From a virus (Duplodnaviria > Caudoviricetes), in IMG/VR virus record IMGVR_UViG_3300021961_009334, positions 1-63,244 of that record: 63,244 bases of DNA. One strand, 5' to 3'. Numbering within the stretch: the first letter of the stretch is position 1; each line of letters opens with the position of its first letter. Shown piece after piece: positions 57,084 through 63,244 of the stretch. The position numbers and the translations under genes are program-made. The notes under the pieces are model-generated. The model was given only the letters and a program-made list of their open reading frames with translations, was not told the DNA's origin and searched no databases.

Positions 57084-57630
57084 TAATTGTACTTTGAGTA
57101 AATGCTTGTTCGATATCATCTTTGTTAATTGATACTGCTCTTGCCGGAGGATACCAATCAGATCGATCGAATTTCATCAAAATGAAAGATCTGTAATGAG
57201 GTCCTTCGTTTACAACCACTTTATTAACAATAATATACCCACCCATATCTAACTCGTCAATCACTGCTTGTGACATTTTAGTTGTCAATTGAGTTGTATT
57301 ACCGTTTACTACAGACCCTGAATCTTCTATGTATCTTTTGAAGTCTCCATTAATATAGTTCTGTAGTTTATCTGCAATCATGACCTTGGCGTCATGGATG
57401 CCTTTGTCTATCGAGAACTGCATGTCCTGACTTTGTCCTGTGGCAACTCCATAAACCCATTCATCATCATCCATAGGATAATCAAAGAACCATTCTGGAA
57501 CTTCACTGCCACCACGCAGTTTTACTGTATCGATATCTACCTTCTTGTTGATATTATTGTTAAACGGATTGACCGAAGAACAAGCACCAAGCATCAATGC
57601 AAGAAAGGTTGTTGCGATTATTTGTTTCAT
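57076..57630 (-). CDS. LPP20-like lipoprotein
   Basis: Lipobox LGAC; VPEWF; YGVATG.S.D.Q...DK. Confidence 0.7.
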   Translation of the reverse strand: MKQIIATTFLALMLGACSSVNPFNNNINKKVDIDTVKLRGGSEVPEWFFDYPMDDDEWVYGVATGQSQDMQFSIDKGIHDAKVMIADKLQNYINGDFKRYIEDSGSVVNGNTTQLTTKMSQAVIDELDMGGYIIVNKVVVNEGPHYRSFILMKFDRSDWYPPARAVSINKDDIEQAFTQSTIIE

Positions 57631-57636
57631 GTAATA

Positions 57637-57664
57637 ATTTTATAATAGATTAAAAAAGTGTCAA
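57637..57664 (-). promoter_or_regulatory. Sigma70-like promoter TTGACA-N16-TAAAAT, 6 nt before ATG
   Basis: Upstream of the lipoprotein gene. Confidence 0.7.
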
Positions 57665-57667
57665 CCG

Positions 57668-57934
57668 TTAAAAAGGAACAAGTTGCCAACTTTGATCTGG
57701 CATTCTACAACGTCTAGATGGAATATAAAGACCGTTAAGATTCACTTGGTAAATTTGGTTAGCACAGTACAATCCGTCTTGTGCTACATAGAATTCGCCA
57801 ATTTCTTGATTTTCTTTCACCCAAGATGGTTCACTTTGGTATTTAGGCTCTAACATAATACCAGCATCTAAAACATAAGGAATTGAAAGGATTATAAGGA
57901 AAAACAGAATAGACAGAATGGTATTACGAATCAT
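57668..57934 (-). CDS. Small exported/membrane protein
   Basis: N-terminal TM/signal; C...CRMPD.SW. Confidence 0.6.
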   Translation of the reverse strand: MIRNTILSILFFLIILSIPYVLDAGIMLEPKYQSEPSWVKENQEIGEFYVAQDGLYCANQIYQVNLNGLYIPSRRCRMPDQSWQLVPF

Positions 57935-58314
57935 ACTTTTTTACCTGCTGTTTTTAAGTCTGCCTTGGCAATCACCATGTATGGACCTTTGTTATAGGCA
58001 GGCGCTATGGTGTAGCCTGCAGATACTTCTAGTCTTTCTCTGTCATTTCTTTTTAACCCAGCCACTCCAGGCAAAGAAGAAGGCATAGAATAGTAGGGAT
58101 TTTTTACAATCTGTTTAGGATTGTTGAATGAATTAGAGTCAGTAAACGCAGTCCAACCTTGTTTATGGTTGCGAGTTTTTGGTGTTACTCCAAGTGATTC
58201 TAGATATTTGGCATAATCTGCCTGTGCTTGTCTATCTCGGGCAGTTAGTCCTTTGACCTTACGTTTTTTTGTTGAATTCATACTCAACGCAGGTCCCACA
58301 AGATGCATAGTCAT
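57931..58314 (-). CDS. Conserved-type T4-like phage hypothetical protein
   Basis: TIAPAYNKGPYMVI motif. Confidence 0.7.
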   Translation of the reverse strand: MTMHLVGPALSMNSTKKRKVKGLTARDRQAQADYAKYLESLGVTPKTRNHKQGWTAFTDSNSFNNPKQIVKNPYYSMPSSLPGVAGLKRNDRERLEVSAGYTIAPAYNKGPYMVIAKADLKTAGKKV

Positions 58315-58320
58315 ATTTTT

Positions 58321-58348
58321 ATTATATACTCAAACATTAAATTGTCAA
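58321..58348 (-). promoter_or_regulatory. Sigma70 consensus promoter TTGACA-N16-TATAAT, 6 nt before ATG
   Basis: Perfect hexamers. Confidence 0.8.
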
Positions 58349-58373
58349 CACTGCTATTTGTTAAGTATAGCAC

Positions 58374-59339
58374 ATGAAAAAAGACATTTTTATATGGTCT
58401 GAAATACATAAAAATTTAGAAAAATTTTGTTTAAATCCAACAGCAGAAGTATTAAACATATTTGCTTGTGAAGAATGGGAAGTGCATCCGTACTGGCAAA
58501 ATTATTCATATTTTGAAACACTTGATCAATATAGTCAAAACAATCAATTAAACATGATATTTGGCTGTTTCGATACAGATGAGCATCGTAAAAAAATTGT
58601 CAAACCTACAGGATCTAATTTATATTATTGGGAAACTCACTGGATTACACATACCTATCAGTCTTTACTAAAAGTAGATTATCCTCAGCCAAATAATATT
58701 ACTAAAACATTTTTATCGTTAAATCATCAACCTCATGTTCACAGATGCTTATTATTAGATTATATTAGTAAAAATGATTTATTTGACGATGGAGATATCA
58801 GTTGGCATTTTCCTAATGTTGATTATAAATGGTTGTACTGGAAACCAAAAAAGTTAATCCTTGACGAGCAGTACAGCAAACAACTTAATTCATACAATAC
58901 ATTACCCGAAGGATTTAGCACAACTTTTATGAGCATTGTTGCAGAATCGAATATAGGAGTGCATTTTGTGACAGAAAAAACTTGGATGAATATATTTTTC
59001 AAAAGGCCTTTTTTAATTTTTGGACCTGCAGGCATCAATAATATTATCACAAAGTTAGGATTTGTTTTGTATGATGAAATTTTTGATTATGCATTTGATC
59101 AGGTTACAGATGATCAGACAAGATGTGATATGATGTTAGAAAACATACACAGGATAAAAAATGATAATTTTGAAAACTTAAGAAATAAAATAAAAAATAA
59201 ATTAGAACATAATTTTTCTCTAGCAAATAAACTAGCATTGGATCAATCCATGTGGCCAAAACCGGTTACAGATTTATATCAAAGGTACCAAAATGATAAT
59301 AGCATTGATCAAGCCTATAGGAGATGGTTAGAATTATAA
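58374..59339 (+). CDS. Putative glycosyltransferase-like protein
   Basis: FLSLN..PH.HR, IVAES, FVTEKT....F.RPFLI.G, GF..YDEIFDY.FD. Confidence 0.55.
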   Translation: MKKDIFIWSEIHKNLEKFCLNPTAEVLNIFACEEWEVHPYWQNYSYFETLDQYSQNNQLNMIFGCFDTDEHRKKIVKPTGSNLYYWETHWITHTYQSLLKVDYPQPNNITKTFLSLNHQPHVHRCLLLDYISKNDLFDDGDISWHFPNVDYKWLYWKPKKLILDEQYSKQLNSYNTLPEGFSTTFMSIVAESNIGVHFVTEKTWMNIFFKRPFLIFGPAGINNIITKLGFVLYDEIFDYAFDQVTDDQTRCDMMLENIHRIKNDNFENLRNKIKNKLEHNFSLANKLALDQSMWPKPVTDLYQRYQNDNSIDQAYRRWLEL

Positions 59340-59938
59340 TGGGTGCTTGTGCATTTGATATAATTGTAGATTATGTAGATGTAATATCTTCAGGATCTGT
59401 GATTGAAATTGGTGCAACCAGAGGAGAAGGCAGTACATATTTTTTTATGGGGTTTTTGCATAACAGTAAAAAACATAACTTTATTACTATAGATATCAAT
59501 CCTGAAACCACCAGGCACTTAGAAAAATATAAAAGGATGGGCAATATCGATGTGTTAACAGGCGATGGATGTGCGATGTTAGATAAGATATCTCAACCTA
59601 TTGCTTTTGCTTACTTGGATAATTTTGATTTAATTCGTCCGGGTACTGAAAATTCAATACCTATTATAGAACAAATTGAAAAATACAAAAAAGATTTTAA
59701 TTTAGAAATGCACAATGATAATTGTTATAAAGCTCATTTAGAACAAACTAAAAAAATTGTGGAAAAATGTGCAGAAAAATGCATTATACAATTTGATGAT
59801 ACTCATTTTGATCAAAAATGGATTGGAAAAGGAGCAACAGCAGTGCCATGGTTACTTGGACAAGGATGGCATGTTTTACCTCAACATTTTGATCCGTGGA
59901 CCAGCGACGATTATGTGGCGTTGAGTAATTTTACATGA
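59339..59938 (+). CDS. Class I SAM-dependent methyltransferase-like protein
   Basis: VIEIGA.RGEGST, TIDIN, AYLDNFD, FDDT, GKG; TAATG-coupled start. Confidence 0.7.
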   Translation: MGACAFDIIVDYVDVISSGSVIEIGATRGEGSTYFFMGFLHNSKKHNFITIDINPETTRHLEKYKRMGNIDVLTGDGCAMLDKISQPIAFAYLDNFDLIRPGTENSIPIIEQIEKYKKDFNLEMHNDNCYKAHLEQTKKIVEKCAEKCIIQFDDTHFDQKWIGKGATAVPWLLGQGWHVLPQHFDPWTSDDYVALSNFT

Positions 59939-60450
59939 GAATAACAATATTCGGTGACTCGTTTGCAGTGGATAAAAAGGGGTGGATAAGTTTTTTAAAA
60001 TACCCTAGTGATGTTTATTCTAATAGAGGATCGTCACAGTATAGGATTTATAAAAATTTTATAAAACACTATGATGAATCTATGATTAATATTATTGTTT
60101 GTACCCATTACAGTAGAGTATATGTAAAAGATTCTGTTATAACAAAACTACGACAATTGATTACACACAAAAAAAGCGATTGGGTTTGGACCCATGGGAT
60201 AGCATCTAAAGATCCAATAATAAAAAATATAAAATCAATTTATGATGATGAATACCAAAAAGATATTTTTAAACTCATGTATAATCATATTAAATCTTTT
60301 AAAAACACATATACACTCAGTGCTTGGAATGACTGTGTACAACCTGATTTTTGTTTTGCAGATATATGGAAAAAACATCAAGGAACGATTAATCATTTGA
60401 CTATGGATGGAAATAAAATACTTGCGGAAAAAATAAATGAACTTTTCTAA
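59935..60450 (+). CDS. SGNH-like protein
   Basis: IFGDSF, GSSQ, NHLT..GN. Confidence 0.65.
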   Translation: MRITIFGDSFAVDKKGWISFLKYPSDVYSNRGSSQYRIYKNFIKHYDESMINIIVCTHYSRVYVKDSVITKLRQLITHKKSDWVWTHGIASKDPIIKNIKSIYDDEYQKDIFKLMYNHIKSFKNTYTLSAWNDCVQPDFCFADIWKKHQGTINHLTMDGNKILAEKINELF

Positions 60451-61153
60451 TCTTTACGTTAATGGTGCTTCACACACCAAATTTGGAGATCACAAACTAT
60501 GGCCAGAACATCTTGCGGAACATTACAATATCAATTTAGAAAACCAAGCACATCAAGGAAAAACAGTTGAATCTATTCTCACACAAACAATCAATGACTT
60601 AGATAAACATACTCCTCAAGAAACTTTGGTTGTATTGCATCTTCCTACGACAACAGTGAGACAGTGTTGGTATCGAATTGACGATAAACAAATTTCAGAA
60701 GTTCCAGTAACCATTTGGCAAATGCCTGAACCACAAAAAATATGGAAGATTTATTACACACAAATCACAAACGATTTTGACATGTATGCGAAGTGGTTAT
60801 TACAGATTTTGAACATTCAAAACTTTTTAAAAGTAAACAATTTTTTTTACCATATCATTTTTGATAACACAGAGTTTTATCATGATGGTAAAACTAGAAC
60901 ATATCTAGAAGAAGTTGATTTAGATATACAAAAGGTCGAATACAGAGATGATCCTGTTTTTAATAAATTTAAAAATATAAGGCACAAACACATAGAAAAT
61001 GCAAATATTACTAGCGGAATAACCAAGTGGTTTGAAAAAAATTGTGAAAAAGATTGGTGTTTAGATGGAGTGCATTGGAACAGTCAAGCACACCAAAAAT
61101 TTGTACAAGAACTATTAGTTAAAAATATTAATCGTTGTCTTTGTTTAGATTAG
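60437..61153 (+). CDS. SGNH-like protein
   Basis: YVNGASH, N.A.QG, DGVHWN..AH. Confidence 0.65.
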   Translation: MNFSNLYVNGASHTKFGDHKLWPEHLAEHYNINLENQAHQGKTVESILTQTINDLDKHTPQETLVVLHLPTTTVRQCWYRIDDKQISEVPVTIWQMPEPQKIWKIYYTQITNDFDMYAKWLLQILNIQNFLKVNNFFYHIIFDNTEFYHDGKTRTYLEEVDLDIQKVEYRDDPVFNKFKNIRHKHIENANITSGITKWFEKNCEKDWCLDGVHWNSQAHQKFVQELLVKNINRCLCLD

Positions 61154-61436
61154 ATAGATATCCGTTATCGTTGTAAAGATTAGAGATATCTATGCTTTGT
61201 TCCCAATTCAATTGATTCTGATCTACACCGTTCATTTTACCAAAAAATACATGCAGTGATTTTATTACTTCTCCTAGTTCACGTGAATCAATGATAGGCT
61301 CTATATCACACCCTGCCTCATGAGCATATTCCAGCAGTAATTCCACAGCATCAAATACCTGCATGTCAGACGCTGTAAATTCTTGATTGGGTTTTCGGTA
61401 GTGTTCTCTATTGAATGGTATTATTTTTGCTGTCAT
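61128..61436 (-). CDS. Hypothetical protein
   Basis: MTAKIIPF start, ATGA-coupled. Confidence 0.55.
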   Translation of the reverse strand: MTAKIIPFNREHYRKPNQEFTASDMQVFDAVELLLEYAHEAGCDIEPIIDSRELGEVIKSLHVFFGKMNGVDQNQLNWEQSIDISNLYNDNGYLSNLNKDND

Positions 61437-61684
61437 GATGGATTGTTGATTATACCTCTGATAGAATGAATCCAACGCCAAGTGGCCAAGGCCATTATCG
61501 CCCATGCTCCGGTCATAAATCCTATGGAAAAAAAGAAAGGTTGAGCCCAAACAGAAACCCACATGCCGAATCGCCTTTCGCGATTGGTTTTGCCTGAAAC
61601 AAAATATATAGAAGTGACACTTCCTACCAGAGCAATGCCATTTAATATGTGGAACCAGTAATTATTGAAGTCTGCCAAAACCAT
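61433..61684 (-). CDS. Small membrane protein
   Basis: About 3 hydrophobic segments. Confidence 0.55.
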   Translation of the reverse strand: MVLADFNNYWFHILNGIALVGSVTSIYFVSGKTNRERRFGMWVSVWAQPFFFSIGFMTGAWAIMALATWRWIHSIRGIINNPS

Positions 61685-62384
61685 ATTCTCTTTCTCCACA
61701 CCACCAACATTTACCACAATGTTTGGAAAAATAGTTAGTTTCTGCTTCACAACTCCTAGTCATGGGAAATAATGTGTCTATTAAGTTATAATGTTCGTAT
61801 AATTCTGCTATAGCTTTTTTATCAACATTTGAAAAAGGTGCAAAACCATTTATCGTAATGTTTGAATTAGGAATTGGTTTATTTAGATTTTGGAAAATCA
61901 CTGCATCTTGTAATGGATATGAGTCAAATTCTGAATATTCATTGTCAGTTAAATCTCTTTCAGTATCTCTGTATTTCCATGTCCTTGTTAAAATTTTATT
62001 TTCTTCATAATTTATAGGATTAGCAGTGACTCCAATAAAATGAGCATCCAGATTAAATTTTTGATATGTTTGATATAAAGTTAACTCTTGTTCATCGACT
62101 AGAGCATCTTCACTTGATGCCATTTTGTTGGTATGAGAGGCAAATTTAATATCAAATGTGTTTTCTAACCAATCAATCACAGACTTTGCAAAATTAACTT
62201 GATAAGGTTTAAGAGGATTATCAAGAGTAATTGCATGAAAATTAACTTTGTTCTTAAGATGTTTACACAGTATAAAAGCTAAGAGAGAACTGTCTGCTCC
62301 TCCACTCATCTTGAGTCCTATGTTTTGAAATGATGAATCTATCGGAATTTTGATTTGCTTTTGTTCGGTAATTAATTCAATCAT
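61662..62384 (-). CDS. QueC-like PP-loop ATPase
   Basis: MSGGADSSLL; TRSCE...HCGKCWWCGER Zn site. Confidence 0.75.
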   Translation of the reverse strand: MIELITEQKQIKIPIDSSFQNIGLKMSGGADSSLLAFILCKHLKNKVNFHAITLDNPLKPYQVNFAKSVIDWLENTFDIKFASHTNKMASSEDALVDEQELTLYQTYQKFNLDAHFIGVTANPINYEENKILTRTWKYRDTERDLTDNEYSEFDSYPLQDAVIFQNLNKPIPNSNITINGFAPFSNVDKKAIAELYEHYNLIDTLFPMTRSCEAETNYFSKHCGKCWWCGEREYGFGRLQ

Positions 62385-62385
62385 T

Positions 62386-62613
62386 TTAGAACTTTTTCTT
62401 ACCTCTAAATGTTATTCTGCCTTTGGTTAAATCATATGGAGTCATTTCTACAGTGACTGAATCACCTACCAACATTCTAATTTTATGTTTCTTTAATTTG
62501 CCGGCTGTGTAGCACAGCACCTTGTGTCCATTTTCTAGTTCTACCATACATCTTGATTCAGGCAGTAAATCAGTTACCACACCTTGAAATTCTAATACGT
62601 CCTGTTTGGTCAA
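62386..62613 (-). CDS. infA: Translation initiation factor IF-1
   Basis: KQDVLE..GVV..LLP...VELENGH......GK.....IR.L.GD.V.VEMTPYDLTKGRI.FR. Confidence 0.95.
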   Translation of the reverse strand: MTKQDVLEFQGVVTDLLPESRCMVELENGHKVLCYTAGKLKKHKIRMLVGDSVTVEMTPYDLTKGRITFRGKKKF

Positions 62614-62792
62614 TTCATCTCCTTGTCATGTTGTTTGATCACTTGTTCGATGTCTCTTTGGTTAAACAAAAAGCCACTGGAACTCAATCTTGGTCTTTCT
62701 CTTTTTATTGTACAGTCTGTTTGGATTTGAATCAATCGCTCAAATATTTTGCCAGCCATTGTTTCTGCGTAGCCATTACCAGATGTCTTCAT
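62610..62792 (-). CDS. Small hypothetical protein
   Basis: Fills the gap between coupled neighbours; start uncertain. Confidence 0.4.
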   Translation of the reverse strand: MKTSGNGYAETMAGKIFERLIQIQTDCTIKRERPRLSSSGFLFNQRDIEQVIKQHDKEMN

Positions 62793-63093
62793 ACTTGCCT
62801 GCGATTTCTTCATACTTTAGTGTTTTTGTGCCACGAGTAAAAAATTCAGGGCGAACTTCTGCCACCTTAAATGTGCCCACTGTGATGAAAACAGCCGCCA
62901 CCACAATTATGTGTGCTATGGCTGTGTAACCAAACACAGTCCAACTGCCCACCCATATTGAAAACACAATGCACCACATCCAACACAACACCTGCGTGAC
63001 AAAATGTCTGGTGTTAAAGTCTTGTATGTGTCTCAGTGGGTTTTTGTTCCAATCCATCACAGATGTATAGGCATCATATATCCATTGTCTCAT
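62776..63093 (-). CDS. Membrane protein
   Basis: NPLRHIQD...QVLCWMWC, 2 TM. Confidence 0.7.
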   Translation of the reverse strand: MRQWIYDAYTSVMDWNKNPLRHIQDFNTRHFVTQVLCWMWCIVFSIWVGSWTVFGYTAIAHIIVVAAVFITVGTFKVAEVRPEFFTRGTKTLKYEEIAGKYEDIW

Positions 63094-63244
63094 ATTTTTT
63101 CTCCTATCTCAAATCCTCTGAATGACTTAAATCTTGGAAACCTTAGCGAGTATGTGCCGTCTTGATTTTGGGTGATAGCATCTGCTCTGACTTCTACCAT
63201 TTGCCCAATAACCTTGTCACGATCAGTCCAAAAACTATCACGAT
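63090..63244 (-). CDS. ATP-dependent DNA ligase, C-terminal end (partial)
   Basis: Manual translation ...IGQMVEVRADAITQNQDGTYSLRFPRFKSFRG (motif VI). Confidence 0.85.
   Translation of the reverse strand, partial: RDSFWTDRDKVIGQMVEVRADAITQNQDGTYSLRFPRFKSFRGFEIGEKI

Noticed and set aside
1-63244. Alternative genetic code, introns or inteins
   Set aside because: Genes are full length under code 11, TAA/TAG/TGA all act as stops at coupled junctions, and no intein or intron signatures were seen

Overview
A 63 kb segment of a large, AT-rich, probably aquatic tailed dsDNA phage (jumbo, distantly T4-like myovirus); the gene content suggests a proteobacterial, possibly alphaproteobacterial, host. 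It runs from the 5' end of a family-B DNA polymerase to the 3' end of an ATP-dependent DNA ligase, mostly on the minus strand. It encodes tail/baseplate proteins, a lysis cassette (GH108 endolysin, spanins, holin), a clamp loader, PhoH, chaperone and translation functions (ClpA/B, DnaJ, GroES, peptide deformylase, IF-1), Fe-S assembly proteins (IscA, SufT, Nfu), SOD, UvsE and a lipoprotein subtilisin/autotransporter. Scattered between core genes is a large tailoring-enzyme set: 6 radical SAM/SPASM-twitch proteins, 6 SGNH-like proteins, carbamoyltransferase, sulfotransferase, methyltransferase, GT-like protein, 2OG-Fe(II) oxygenase, nitroreductase, ATP-grasp-like protein, ACP, QueC-like and QueD. 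Best leads: (1) that enzyme set together with periodic D-S-[S/T/A] motifs in virion proteins, suggesting a virion glycosylation/decoration system; (2) a shared N-terminal M-K-L-x-E-L/I motif on about 12 unrelated proteins, a likely capsid-loading signal; (3) a 75-nt tRNA-sized four-way-junction RNA in a late 5' leader; (4) pervasive leaderless promoter architecture. No tRNA genes, CRISPR arrays or mobile elements were recognised. All calls come from reading motifs by eye; no database search was run.
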